A DNA stretch of 63,990 nucleotides, filler included, from Folioceros fuciformis (Eukaryota): NCBI GenBank assembly GCA_049999805.1. It is 13 parts of 13 records of this genome, joined end to end, with 100 filler letters (N's around TTAATTAATTAA, not from the genome) between each part and the next. Parts side by side here need not be neighbours in the genome. Positions count along the whole stretch, not along the records: positions 1 to 6,233 come from JBNGIO010004941.1; positions 6,334 to 11,458 come from JBNGIO010004942.1; positions 11,559 to 18,120 come from JBNGIO010004943.1; 10 more parts are not named here. One strand, written 5' to 3'. Made by a program: the position numbers and the translations under genes. Position 1 is the first letter of the stretch. The number at the start of each line of letters is the position of its first letter. The notes under the pieces are model-generated. The model was given only the letters and a program-made list of their open reading frames with translations, was not told the origin of the DNA and did no database searches. This document shows positions 1 to 12,275 of this stretch, one piece after another.

Positions 1-99
1 GAAGGGGGAGAGTGGGCGACGAGAGATTTGGTTAGGGTGGTGGCAAGTTTTTTTTTCGATCCAGAAAACGTTCACATGCATCTATCAAATGTCCGATTT

Positions 100-783
100 G
101 GTTTTGGCGTTCAAAGTCGCGTATGCGCCAAAGGGGATGAATAACCGGTGTGTTTGTAAAAAATTCTAGAGAGAGGGGGCGTGTCCCCTTTGGTATGCCA
201 TACACTACACCAAACTGGACACCGTAAGTCATGAATACCAAAGTGAACACCACGTCAACTTAGGGTTTATAGTTGGCGGCAGTGCCCTATTCTTTTGCAA
301 CGCATGCATGCCTTTCTCTCGATCGCGATTCTACACAGTCATTGCAACGATAATAGTGGTGTCCATGCGATTGCGATTATGATGGCCAACATTCAGGCAA
401 CGCGCGTCCTCTACAGCGTATATGAATAGCTCCCGCACTTGTGTTGCCACTATTTTAGCATGCCGGCCTACGAAGCCCATCTCAGGGGGATTGCTTCACA
501 AATCCGGGTGCTTGTAGCGGGCATACATAATCCATCACATTTAATCTCCAAGCATGCGCGAGTAGTTTTGGATCCCGACCATCGACATCTTATGGAATAC
601 CGATACGGACACCACCAGGCTGTAGGCTCGCAGGCCTGCAGCCTTAAGCCTACAAGAACACTAGGGCTGGACGGACGCCGTATGACATGCCAAAGAGGAC
701 GCGTCCCCTCTCTCTAAATTTTTTTACAAACACAGGGTTTACCCGTCCCCTTTGGCGCGTACACGAGATTTAGAGCCAAAATC
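100..783. repeat. Imperfect inverted repeat (arms ~100-203 and ~680-783), foldback/MITE-like non-coding element
   Basis: The reverse complement of 680-783 aligns with 100-203 (shared blocks GCGCCAAAGGGGA, TGTGTTTGTAAAAAA, TAGAGAGAGGGG, CTTTGG.ATG.CATA). No credible ORF lies between the arms. Confidence 0.65.
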
Positions 784-2126
784 AAACATGCTTGCACTTT
801 GCAAGAAAACCTTGCCCGAGCACGGGCGTGCCCCCACCCATGGTTACAGGCGGTGTTTGGGCTTTCTACCTTAGGCCGCCCAGCATCCAGCCCAAAATGG
901 GCTGTAACCTAGTTCAAATCGTTTAGCCATGTCCCCTTTGGTGCAGGACCGGTTTGGTACGTTTGCCAAAGGGGAAATGAAAGACTTGGGTATGAAAAGA
1001 GAATATACTTCAAGATATCCCAAGAAAAAACCATTAAAATAGTTGCAGTGGGAGAGTGTCTGCTTTCGCATGCCATAACGCCGTCCCTCCAGCCCTTCTC
1101 TTTGTGTAGGCTCGAAGGCCTGCAACCTTAAGGCTGTAGGAATACTCTGGCTGGAGGGGCGCCTCACAGCCTGGAGCCTACAGGAACAGAAGAGCTGGAG
1201 GTGCCCCTCCAACCCTTGTGCTGCTTGCGATGCCCCCGCAGGCAGTTGCCAACATGTGTGCCTTGAGCCTAAACGGGGCCTGAAAGTGAGGGTGAGGGTG
1301 AGGCACCAACCCCCCAGCTCAAGCCTGCCCATAATTCTTCAAGGAGGTTGGAAATAAGGGGAACCATAAATGGCGTTTGGAGTTCACTTGAACCTCCAGT
1401 GTGTGTGAACACCCTAGGAACGGGTATGGGATGCCGCGTGAGGCCGTAAATTTGGGCGGTGCAGAGCCGTGAAACAGGATCGATAACATAACCAGCGAGT
1501 GAGCTGGGTGCAATGACTAAAGAAGAAGTGAGGTAAGGGCTGTTGAGTGCTTTGCAGTATGGAATACCGATACGGACAAGGGTTCTTTCACAAAATTTTA
1601 GGGCAGCTGTATATGGTGCAAACAGTTTGGACATAACATTTGTGCCCACTTCGGTCGGTCATAGGGCACAAAGTAGGTATCCCGATCGGGACACCTGCTG
1701 TGTTTTATCCCTCACGTCCTGGTCCGTCTCCTCCACTCATACTCATTTTTTTTTTGTTAATTAGGGTTAGGGCTGCATCCACGGTTCAGAGCCTTTCTTC
1801 AGACCTTAGGGATCATACCCTGTTGCGAATGGTGCAGGCCAAGTGACGAGGGGAACGGGCATCCGAGGTCCAGAAAAAGGGAGAAGGCGACGACGGGGCG
1901 AAGGGGACAGCGAAACTCGGCGGTGCGAAGGGGACTGTGAAACCCTGAAGCATAGAAATTTACAAAGAAGAAGTGTCTTTACTGCTGGCGGGCACCTTTA
2001 AATGCACCCGCTCATAAAAACAGTTAATACGGTTATTGTTCATGTCCCGTGAAATCTGAAATATATTAATTACTATATATTGTGAATAACTATAGCTAGG
2101 ATATATCTATTTATATATATTTTTCA

Positions 2127-5074
2127 CTCCCACTTAGACTAGCTATGGTCATCTATCTACTCTTCGAGCCCCTCTCATTTTGAGCTCGTTGTCTGGCACT
2201 TCACTTCACGCGCTATCGATCACTCTTGCGATCCCGGTTCTTCGATGTTCTCTTGTCGTTCACACCTGCAATCAAAGTACCCGACTTCGCAGACTAATTC
2301 CGTCCGCCCTCCGGCACACGTTTGATGTGGAATTTGCCATTTGCAGGCTCATTATTGACACTCTGTTCTGGCGGCGAGAATCCTGATGATGTCGCCAGCC
2401 CTAAAGCACTCACGAGCCTCAAATGCCTCTCCTTGGGCAGGGCCTTGGTCAGTAGATCTGCCACGTTCTGTTCGGTTGGCACATATTCAAGGTTGATGAC
2501 GTTGTCTTCAAGCGCCTTTCGAACGAAGTGTTGTTTAACCTCAAAGTGCCGTGTCCTTACATGTGCAATTGGATTTCTCGCTATAGCAACCACGGACTGG
2601 TTGTCGCACCACATATTCGCAGGCTCAACCTGTTTGTAACCAAATGATTCAAGCAAAATTCTCATGTGCATAACCTCTTGCATGGCCGAAGTGGCAGCAG
2701 CATACTTTGCTTCTGTTGAAAAGAGCACGACTATGGACTGTTTCTTCGAAGACCAACTCACAAGACATCCTCCAACTTTTACATAGTAAGCTGACACAGA
2801 TTTCCTCGAATCTTGGTCTGCTGCCCAGTCTGAATCTGACATGCATGTTATCATCATTTTCTGTTGTTCTTCACTGTTTTCATACAACAATCCTATATCT
2901 GACATGCCCTTTAAATTTCTTAGGATGCGTTTTGCAGCGGACCAGTGCTGCAAGCCTGGGTTGGATAGAAACTGAGACACAACCGACGTGGCATATGATA
3001 TATCGGGCCTGGTCCAATTACTCAGCCAGAGCAGGGAGCCAACAAGCATGCGGTATGGCACATCTCGCATCTTTGCTATCTCAGACTCAGTTTTAGGGCT
3101 CATATCTTGTGTCAAAATTGCTCCCACTGCTGCCGGCGTCGCTGCTGGCGTGGCTTGGGCCATGTTGAATTTTTCTAATAGCCTGTTCACGTAATGTCTC
3201 TGATGTAGCCTTAGGCTACCCGACCCAGGATTAACAAAAACTTGAACGCCCAAGAAGAAAGTGCAGGCACCCAGATCTAACATACTGAATTCAGAGGGCA
3301 AGATGTTCTTCACTTCATCGACCATGCTCATCGACGATCCTACAATCAACGTGTCATCCACGTAAACGCAAGATAAGCTATCTGTCCATCTTTTTCATAT
3401 ATATATACGCTACCATTTGCATCAGACAGCTTGAAGCCTGCTTTGATAAGAAACTTATGCAGCCTCCTATTCTAACCTCGGGGTGACTGCTTGAGCCCAT
3501 ACTGGGTTTTCCGTAACCTACACACCTTGTTTGGATGCTTGGAATCTACGTAGCCTTCAGGTTGTTCCATGTAAACCTCCTCTTCTAGAATCCCATTCAG
3601 AAAAGCCGTCTGTACATCTATCTGGTGTACGAGGAATCCTTCTTGTGCAGCTGTGGCAAACAGAGTTCTGACCGACGACGACCTGACTACCGGGGAGAAG
3701 GTCTCATTGTAGTCGATCCCTTCTCTCTGAGTGAAGCCTCGAACGACCAGCCTTGCTTTAAATCTAGCTGTAGATCCATCGGGATTCAGCTTCCTTTTGA
3801 AGACCCATCGATTCGTGATTGCAGTTCTGCCTGCTGGTAAATCCTGCAACTCCCAAGTTCCATTTTGTATCAAGGATTCGTACTCAGACTTTATAGCTTC
3901 CTGCCACTTTTCTTTATCTACGGATTTTAAGGCTTCTTGATAGGACGAGGGCTCTCCCAGATTAGAGGCCGCTAAATATGCATGATGCATGGACTGATTC
4001 GTGCTCAGGTTTGCCTCCCATCCGTACGGCACCTGTGACCATTCCAAGGGGGACGAGGTATGCCTTCTAGACGACCTACGCACCTCTACCCCGGGTTCAA
4101 CTGAAAGCATAGCTGGGCCAGCGTCAGCTACGCCATTACTTGAAACTTCCAGTTTTTCCTAATGTGACTCCGAAGCTTCTAATTCTACATCTCCTACGCT
4201 CACGGCTTCTGGCACATGAATTGGCCCTGGTCCTTGCACAGCCTATTGCTGCTGATTGTTTTGTTGAGCATCTTCATGCGTGTACTGGTCTATCTGGAAT
4301 GTTGACATTTCCAACTCAGGTAAGTTGGCCAAGAGGTCGTTTCTAGCTTGTGAATCATTATGGACATCTCTAGACTCGGTCAGGTCAGTGCGTGTTGTCA
4401 GCACAGCATGCTCATCAAATTTTCCGAATCGAGCGTGAGTAACTATTCCTGTGCCTGGGTCATAGACCTTGTACCCTTTTATTCCTTCTGAGTAGCCTAG
4501 AAACAGCATAGCCTTGGCCTTAAATTCTAGTTTGGTTTTGACTTCCTTTGGAATATGGATGAACACTTTGCAGCCGAATATTCTAAAATGAGAAATATAT
4601 GGCTTGGAGCCTGTCCAGCGCTCAAAAGGAGTCGCCCCTGGGAAGGATGAAGTTGGGAGCCGATTTTAGATATATGAGGCTGTATGGACAGCCTCCGCTC
4701 AGTATCTTCTGGGAAGACTTGCCTGGAATAGCATGGCCTTTGCTCATTCTTGAAGATAACGATTTTTCGATTCCGCCAAAGGATTTTGGCTTGAACTATA
4801 GGGCACTGTTAATTGCCGAGCTATGCCAAGGGACTGGCAGTATTGGTGAAATTCGAGGCTATTAAACTCAAGTCCGTTATCGCTTCTGAGAACTTTCAAT
4901 TTTCTGCTTGTGTGCCTTTGTGAGTATTCAACGTACTGCATGAACTTATCCAAGGCCTCTGACTTATGCTGTAGGAAATAGGTTACTGTAAACCTGCTGA
5001 AGTCGTCTACTATCACCATGAAGTATAAGGCACCTCCAAGTGACTTCGTGGACATCGGTCCACACAGATTAGTG
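2127..5074 (-). mobile_element. Ty1/copia retrotransposon 3' half (integrase, RT, RNase H, PPT), decayed
   Basis: IN (HTNLCGP, VDDFSR, LRSDNGLEF); RT (WVFKRK..ARFKARLVVRGF, QIDVQTAFLNG, YGLKQSPR, YVDD); RNase H (SDSDWA, CDNQS, ADLLTK), in IN-RT-RH order. PPT AAGTGGGAG (2135-2127) is followed by TG. Several stops and frameshifts. Confidence 0.95.
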
Positions 5075-5240
5075 TGTTCACGGTGTCGTGAATGATTCTT
5101 AGTTAGGTCACGACTCTATGAAACGCCGTAGTGTTTCATACCTCAGCGTTTCACACCTAATTAATTAATTAATTAATTAATTAAGGCTGGCTACTTAAAA
5201 TGCTAATTACTACCTATTCGGATTTTCCATATTCCCACTT
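5075..5240 (-). mobile_element. PPT plus short 3' LTR (~155 bp) of an element inserted into the copia integrase
   Basis: Minus strand reads AAGTGGGAA-TA-TG (5240-5228) and ends in CA at ~5075, exactly where the integrase frame begins. Confidence 0.5.
5158..5184. repeat. (TAAT)n microsatellite inside the short LTR
   Basis: Perfect TAAT/TTAA run of 27 bp with no flanking Ns. Confidence 0.85.
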
Positions 5241-5736
5241 AGATAGATCTTCATTTTAGTCTTCATTACTTCCGACTCGCCGCTAGGTTTGCTCCCCCTT
5301 ACGGTAGCTGCAATGGATTGCGCCGTTGAGGGCCAAGTTGAGTTTGCAGTCGTGTTGTTGCTGGCTGGCGTGGTAATCCTTCTTGCGCTGCGTCGGAGAG
5401 AAACTTGTTCCTTGTGCGTTGAGTTTGCGAAGCTGCACAATGTTGAGGCTGAGCTACAGATAGCGCATGCTCGATGGAGGCGGCTTTAGGGTTTTTCCTC
5501 GCCTAGTATCTAAGAAATTACATGCAGATGTAGATTTATTATAAAAATAACATTGTATATATTCAAGAAAAAGAGAGTAAGTAAAACATTAAAACTTAAA
5601 CTTAACTATTCATGAATGGGTGTGACTATTACTAACAGTCGTAACCCTAGCGAAGAGGTAAGACATTTTAAACTATACACACAATATGAAACTGGATATA
5701 ATATAACCCTAATCTCATTATGCCAACATCAATACT

Positions 5737-6233
5737 CCTTCAGTATCGAAGGATGGGTTGTCTTGGAATATTACTGCCCTTGGGAAAACTCCTGAATTTG
5801 GTAGGAGTCTTCCACCGACCACTCCTCTTCTTCCCCTTCACAGGCCAGCAAATGCACCTTGGCCCCTTGACAATGGGTCTTGGTGTGGCCTTGCTCACCA
5901 CAAATGGAGCAAAACAAGTTAGCCCTGCCACTAGTTGCAACCCTCCTTCTCTCATGTTCCTTGACAGCATGGAGGTGAAACTTCTCAAACTTGCTCATCA
6001 TCTCCTCCATCTTGGACTCCTGCTGCTCCACTTTCTTGCCTGCAGCCTCAGCCTCTTTCTTGACCTGCTCCACCTCCCTCTTGGCACTAGCCACCTCTTG
6101 CTTGGCCTTAGCTAGATCCTTTGCCTTCCTTGCTTCCTTCTTCCGCCTAACCACCTCTTGCTCCTTCTTCTTCAGTCTTTTCTTGACAGCCTTGTCCTTC
6201 GAGGACTCCTCCTCTAGGCTGTCCCCTGCTGAA
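5737..6233 (-). pseudogene. Retroelement Gag C-terminal fragment (coiled coil plus CCHC zinc knuckle)
   Basis: K/E-rich helix followed by CSICGEQGHTKTHC. Truncated by the spacer. Confidence 0.65.
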
Positions 6234-6333
6234 NNNNNNNNNNNNNNNNNNNNNNNNNNNNNNNNNNNNNNNNNNNNTTAATTAATTAANNNNNNNNNNN
6301 NNNNNNNNNNNNNNNNNNNNNNNNNNNNNNNNN
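6234..6333. other. Artificial contig spacer
   Basis: N44-TTAATTAATTAA-N44 (stops in all six frames). Confidence 0.98.
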
Positions 6334-6713
6334 AGTAGGGAAGTGTAGAAGGTAGTGGTGTCATTGTTAGTTGCTGGTGTTCGTGCTGGAGTGAGGAAGT
6401 GAGTGAAGTGTGTGAGGGAAGTCGCAGATCTGAGAGGTTAGAGTCGTTGTAGTGACTGGAGTGAGTTTGTGGGCACCGAGAGAGGTGCAGCTGACCGCCA
6501 GACAGCGAGGCCTGTCCTACGCCTGATCGGAGCTGGAGGGGAGCTCTTGAATCCATCATCGAGTTGATCAAGTCCGACCCTCCATCCACAGCAGCAAGGA
6601 ACCCCATCGCTCCTTCGTGGGAACGAAACCCAATGTCTCAACGACAGTGGGATAAGTGTGGCCACTAAAGGTGGAACCCATTGGCAATCAGTGCCCGGGG
6701 TTTTGCCTCCACA
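6334..6713. mobile_element. LTR terminus (ends ...GCCTCCACA) inserted in gypsy RT; second copy at 19340-19710
   Basis: Near-identical ~375-bp block in two contigs. Both copies end in CA and each interrupts a different host ORF. Confidence 0.85.
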
Positions 6714-9035
6714 AAGGGTTTAACCAGGTCCTAGTGGCAGCTGAAGATATCAAGAAGACAGCCTTCCATGGTTCTCAACAGCTATGGGAATGGCTAGTGA
6801 TGCCCTTTGGATTCAAGAATGCGCTAGTGACCTTTCAGCGCATCATGGACATAGTACTAGCTGGAGTTGGCTATCTCATGTGCTACGTTGATGATGTGCT
6901 AGTCCACAACATGGACTTCGAGGATCATTTGGTACACCTGGAAGACCTATTTTTAAGATTGCAGAAGGCACAACTCACATGCCACCTAGCCAAGTTGAGT
7001 TTGGCATGAGCACTGTGGCGTATTTGGGCCACAGAATTGTTTCCAATGGTGTCACCCCACATGCTACCAAGGTTCAGGCAATTATGCAAGTTAAGGAACT
7101 GACCACCGTATCAACCCTGCGTGCATTTCTAGGGTTATGTAATTACTGTCAAGTATACATACCCAATTTCAGCAGGATTGCCAAGCCTCTTAATGATCTG
7201 CTGCGCAAAAGGATGTAGAGTGGACATGGGCAGAGCAGGCACAACAAGCTTTTGACACCTTAAAGCTGGAGCTGACTGTTGCACCAATGTTGGCCAAACC
7301 CAATTTTAACAAGCCCTTTGTAGCTCACACAGATTGGAGTAGTCTAGTGCTAGGGGTTGTGTTGGCTCAACAGGATGAAGAAGGTTGTGAGCATGTGGTT
7401 GCTTACGCCTTGCGTAGCAACAATCGAGATGAAGCCAACTACAACAGCTACAACAGCGAATGCCTCACTGCTGTGTGGGCTGTGTGCCACCTCATACCAT
7501 ATTTGTATGGTCAGAAGTTCACATTGGTGACAGACCATCAACCACTCAAGTGGCTGATGACCAACACCAAGCTCAGTGGCAAGCTCGCACGTTGGGCCAT
7601 GATCCTTCAAGGTTACGAATTCCAGGTTGAACATTGGCCAGGAGTGAAACACCAGAATGCTGATACCTTGTCACGAAATCCTGACAGCAATTGTGTGGAT
7701 ACCACCGGAGCTCGCCAAGATGAAGAGGACAGCACCATGTTTGGAGTATCGGCTCTGGTGGCCATGACTTGCTTGGGACAGGTGCTTGTAGATGCAGCTC
7801 AGCAATCCTCAAAGGATATTTGGGAAGATCCAGCTACCCTTCAGTATATGTAGAGAGGTAGAGAGGACCCCACTTGGACTGCAGCCACAAGGGAACGTGT
7901 TCACCAGCGGGCTACCAAGTATTGTTGGCGGGACGGACACCTCATCCGTCAACAGGCTCAAGGGGTGGAGCGATTGGTACCCCCACCAGCAGATCGTGCT
8001 GCCCTCATCAGTAGGGTGCACGATGACATGGGCCATTTTGGGGTCAAACGCACCTACAGCCTGTTGACTCCCTATTTCTACTGGCATCGAATGCATGAAC
8101 AAGTGAAGGAACGAGTAGCCTATTGCGAGCAATGCGACTTTGTCAAGGCTTCCTTCACCATGCAGCACCCAGAGCTGTACCCTTTGCCCATCATGGGTTT
8201 ATTCTTCAGATGGTCATGCAACCTGATGGGTGAGCTCCCGCAGTCTCCACGAGGCAACCTATATGCGATGATCATGATGGAACATTTCAGCAAGTGGGTG
8301 GAGATAGTGGCCCTGCCGACAAGACCTCTAGGAGTACCTCACAAGCCTTCCTACAATGTGTGCTCAGTAGGTTTGGTGGTTGCGTGGAGTGTCTCACAGA
8401 TTAGGGTTCTGAGTTTCGAGGAGAATTCGAGGATCTAATGGATGCAGCCCTTATTGACCACAAGAGAACTAGCCGGGACCACCCGCAGGCTGATGGTTTA
8501 GTTGAGTGCATGGTCCAGACTATGAAGAAGGGGCTTCGCAAGCTGTGTCTCCAACAGCCCAAAATAGATTGGGATCTCATGCTTCCATATAACGCAATGG
8601 GCTACCGCATGAGCAAACATGCTGCCCTTGCCCATTTTTCTCCTTACTTCCTCTTGTTTGGTAGAGAACCGATTCCACCAAGTTCTATAGCCAAACAAAC
8701 GCTAGAAGTTGTCAAGCTGGATGATGCAGCTACATGGGCACATGTGATAGGGGATAGGGGATAGGGCCGCCTTGTTCAAACAGGCCATGCCCATGGCAAT
8801 GGCTAACTCATACTTTGCCCAGCATAGGGATACCCTTCGTTATGCACACACTAGGGGAGGTAATTTTAGGCCCAAGCTCAGGAAGTTCCAGGTAGGAGAC
8901 TTTGTTTACCTCCAGAGGCAGACCTCAGATACCCTGGACACTTCTAGTAGTCGGCATGTGTTACGGATTCAGGAGGTCAAGCCTAATGGCATCCTATTAT
9001 TGCAAGGCTCGGATGGTCGGATCACCGTCGACCAC
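6714..9035 (+). mobile_element. Ty3/gypsy pol fragment (RT, RNase H, integrase), decayed
   Basis: KTAF..MPFGFKNA..YVDD; HTDWS..VAYALRSNN..TDHQPLKWL..NADTLSR; HHCC (HDDMGH..CEQC), EHFSKW, HPQADGLVE, SPYFLLFG. RT-RH-IN order. Confidence 0.95.
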
Positions 9036-10050
9036 TGTGGAATGGAACTTGCACCCAAGAACCTCCAAGGGCCACACTTTCCCCTTATCATCGTCGTAGT
9101 ACTAGGATTCGCTCCCAAGGGAGTGAACTAGTGTCAAGGTTCCCCACAATCTCCCCCTCACTGCCCAAATCTAACCCTATCTATCAGCCGGCTCCTAGAC
9201 CTAACCACACTATAGCAAAAAGATCAGAACCCTGTCTTCAACACCAACCACAGCCCCAGTTGAATGAGGACTCAGCATCATCTTCAGCTCCCACTTCCAG
9301 CTACGGGTATCAGCCGCCTCAGCAGCTGAGAGGAGGCCCTAGCCCTGGCCTCGACCTCCACTCTCAGCCCTAAATGGCAGCCACCCCAGCAATTGATTGA
9401 GAACTTCAGCACCTAAGCTCTTCACCCCAGCACAACAACTCCAAACTCCAGCCCTTCAAGTCTCTACTCCAGCACCTCAAGTCTCTACTCCGGCACTTCC
9501 CCAACACTTCAAATCTCTGCTCCAGCACTTCAACTCTTCAACCCTTCACCATCACGTCTCACTCTTGGATTTTGGAACACAGTAGCTCCTCACTTGCAGT
9601 CCTTGAGGCAGGGATGTGCAGACCCAGGCTGGATAGCCTCCTCGGCTCACAGCCCTGCAATCCGTCACCTTGGAAACCCCTTAGGGACGTCAAGGTACCC
9701 CAACCACCCAACCAGCATGCAAGATAGGCCAGCCCCTGCGGATCTGGCCACCCAGATCTCGGCGATTTTGGGAGCCGCCACGTTCCCCTAGTGGCATGGG
9801 GAATCAAGGCCAAGGCACATCTGCACACTGGGTTAAACCTCTAACCCAACAGCCTGCACACAAGGTCAAGGGCGCTCTTCACCAAAAAAGCCCCCCCTCA
9901 ATGACAGGCCTGGCCCCTTATACCTCCTTGGCCAAGAACCCCTGTCACTCCCAACTAGGTCAGCACGCCTCCAACAAAACCCTCCACTCGTCAAACCCTA
10001 AACCTAACTCCGACCTATTCCTAACCCTAACCCTGACCTAACCTCACTCT
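9036..10050. mobile_element. LTR-like insertion starting TGTGGAAT; related sequence at 25182-25570 ends TTCACCACA
   Basis: Starts with TG where the gypsy IN breaks off. 9903-10040 resembles 25182-25350 (CC.CTTATAC..CCTTGGCC, then CCTAA-rich repeats). The right boundary is approximate. Confidence 0.5.
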
Positions 10051-10559
10051 GACCAGAGCATCCTACACCCTTCAGAGCCTCCACCTCTTCACGTTCGTTC
10101 AGCCTCCATGCTGCTGATCTGGTGCCCTCAAGGGGCAGCCTTGTAAACCTGGCACCTAAAAGTGACATTCCACCATTTGGCTCCATTCCACCATGGGCCA
10201 ATTGGTCAGTCCCTCGGCTTTGTCCGCATGCATTCTTCTGGCAGCCTGCGCCTCTGGCCCTTGTCCAAGCCACCGTAACCCCCTGGAACTGGGAATGGAT
10301 CCCGAGACTGGCTGCAACCTTTGGAGATCCCCCAGGATGTTTAGCAAGAGCCTGCGGCAAGCCAGGCTACTTTGGGGAGGAATGCGCCACCAGCTGCCCA
10401 TTGCTCGCGCTCATGGCTTCGAACCTCCTCAGAAGCACCCGTCCGCTCAACATCATTCCCGGAGCTTTATGGACACTGTTTTCTCCCTCGTCAAATAGGA
10501 GGACTTCCACAACGGCTACTGCTGGAAAATGGGTGGCATCGAAAAGAAGTCAGACAAGT

Positions 10560-10687
10560 TCCCTTACAGTCTTTCACGAGCTGAGGCCGTAGCTCCGTCG
10601 TGTAGAAGGCTGGTGCAGGACAGTCTGGATATAAGACATGCAAAGGACACCCCCAGTCTAGTTATCATGCTTCTTCAAGATCTTCAC
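10560..10687 (-). pseudogene. SPX-domain gene fragment (C-terminal part of SPX domain)
   Basis: [41 protein letters not shown] (one stop, one frameshift) matches the plant SPX motif KILKKYDKRTG..RLPFIQ.VLQQPF.TT.LL..LVKECE. Confidence 0.8.
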
Positions 10688-10910
10688 CACCGTCGACCCA
10701 TGCCCGGGACTCAACCCCTCTTGTTCCGCACCGGCCCAGCTTTGACCGCCCGAAATCCGCAACCTTAGAATTCCGCTTTCCATCCAGCCAAATGTTGTTA
10801 GCCTTGATGGCTCTGTGGAAAATCGGGGGGCTTGCCTCGTGGTGCAGGTACGCAATCCCCAGTGTGCTCCCCAACGCAATTCGTAGTCACATTGGAAGAT
10901 CCAGCTTTGA
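10682..10910 (-). pseudogene. Receptor-like kinase fragment (subdomains VIa-VIII, LRR-VIII-1-like)
   Basis: [51 protein letters not shown], then frameshifted [16 protein letters not shown] is changed to HRA. Confidence 0.88.
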
Positions 10911-10919
10911 CACCCCGCC

Positions 10920-11458
10920 ATGCCCGAATCAGTTCGAACCGCTACTCCAGGCCACCACAAGCAGCAGGAGTCCCCGCACTGCTGCCCACCGCCTGCAGCC
11001 AATCCGGCCAGCACCTGCCATTTGCCCTGCCGGGCCGCCTGCCTGATTTCCTCCACGCAGCTGGCCTCCTCCCGCTTGGCGACCCAGCCCTCAGCAGGAA
11101 CACCCTGTTTGATCTGCCCCGGCCTGCCTGGCCTGGTCGAATCCGTTGCCCCCTTGCCCCGGCCAGGCCACCTGCCCAGCTGGATGGATCCACTTCGATC
11201 CGCTTGCCCGGCTACCTGGCCAGAGGCCCCTAGCTGGCCTTCCATTCGGATCCAACCCGAATAGCCGCCAGCTCCAGCCAATTGCCCCTAGCCGACTTCT
11301 GCCCTCAAGCTCTGGCCAGGCAGCCTGGTTGGATCTGCCCGCTTGTGGTGGCTGCCTGCCTTCCCGGCCCATCCTGGCTGCTCGCGGGCCAGCTAGGCCG
11401 CTGTGCCCAGCCGTGACCAGTCAAGTCGCCTAGCCGAACTAGCCCCCTGCAGCCGGCG
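10920..11458. repeat. GC-rich degenerate repeat tract (reverse-complement relative of 27400-28830)
   Basis: Recurrent CCTGCC, CCAGCC, GGATCC and CTGGCC words. Confidence 0.65.
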
Positions 11459-11558
11459 NNNNNNNNNNNNNNNNNNNNNNNNNNNNNNNNNNNNNNNNNN
11501 NNTTAATTAATTAANNNNNNNNNNNNNNNNNNNNNNNNNNNNNNNNNNNNNNNNNNNN
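11459..11558. other. Artificial contig spacer
   Basis: N44-TTAATTAATTAA-N44. Confidence 0.98.
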
Positions 11559-12048
11559 TAATATTTGCAGCATGTTTCCTGAAATCAGCTGAGTTGTATG
11601 GGGGCTCACTCCACTCCTCCCTTGGTCGTCTATCTATAGTGGGATAACGAAGGGAAATAACTAGAGGAGTATTTGGGTCCAGGTCCACAGGTGTTACCGG
11701 CTATTCATCAGGAGGATCATGAAGATCAAGGACATCATCATTGTCCACTGAAACAAGAGACTGTACATCAGCACTAGAGTCCTCAACACCCAAGTCATAT
11801 GTGTCACTAACAGGGTCACTACTGTCGACAGGGAGAGAATGGACATCATCGATGTCTGATTGTGTAGGTGGATCACCGTCTGAAGCAGGATAGTGCACAG
11901 GGAACTGCTGATCATCCTCAACTTCAAGTTCAAGAGTCTTATCCTGAACAGATTCAGTTGAGAGCATATCATCAATTGTAAGATCTAACCTAGGGGACTG
12001 TAGTTCCTTGAAAGTGGCACTTTTGGACAAAGTTATCTTTGTTGTTAC

Positions 12049-12275
12049 TGTTGGGCAAACCCTAATACCCCACGAAGGGGTAAATAGGTTAGATTATTTT
12101 ACACTTCGAACTTTAATTAGACCGCAGGTTAGGTGTTAGGTTAGGAACGGTTGTGGCGGTTACACGCCATCAGACCGGTGCTTATCTAGCACCTTAGACC
12201 TTGTACGCCGCTGCTATCTTGCAATGTACTAAGCTCTATGCTATGAATCTATGTGCACTCTCCATTTTAGTCACA
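12049..12275. mobile_element. Solo LTR (227 bp) with 5-bp TSD
   Basis: TG...CA flanked by GTTAC / GTCAC. Removing it restores the host frame FDLVTTKITLSKSATF. Confidence 0.85.

Noticed and set aside
5158-5184. TTAA run as an assembly spacer
   Set aside because: It has no flanking Ns, is longer than the 12-bp linker, and lies inside a coherent PPT-LTR structure.
5991-6607. ORFs running into X..XLIN
   Set aside because: These are artefacts of translating through the N spacers.
9990-10045. Telomere or interstitial telomeric array (also 25290-25350)
   Set aside because: Only degenerate CCTAA/CCTGA words within an LTR-like repeat, not a regular TTTAGGG/TTAGGG array.
10050-10660. LINE ORF2 fragment suggested by RLGVSF (like YLGVP)
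   Set aside because: Another frame gives a much better SPX match and no RT motifs are present.
10792-11433. Overlapping Pro/Ala/Gly-rich ORFs here and at 27338-28948
   Set aside because: Stop-poor frames are expected from GC-rich repeats, and no domain signal is present.
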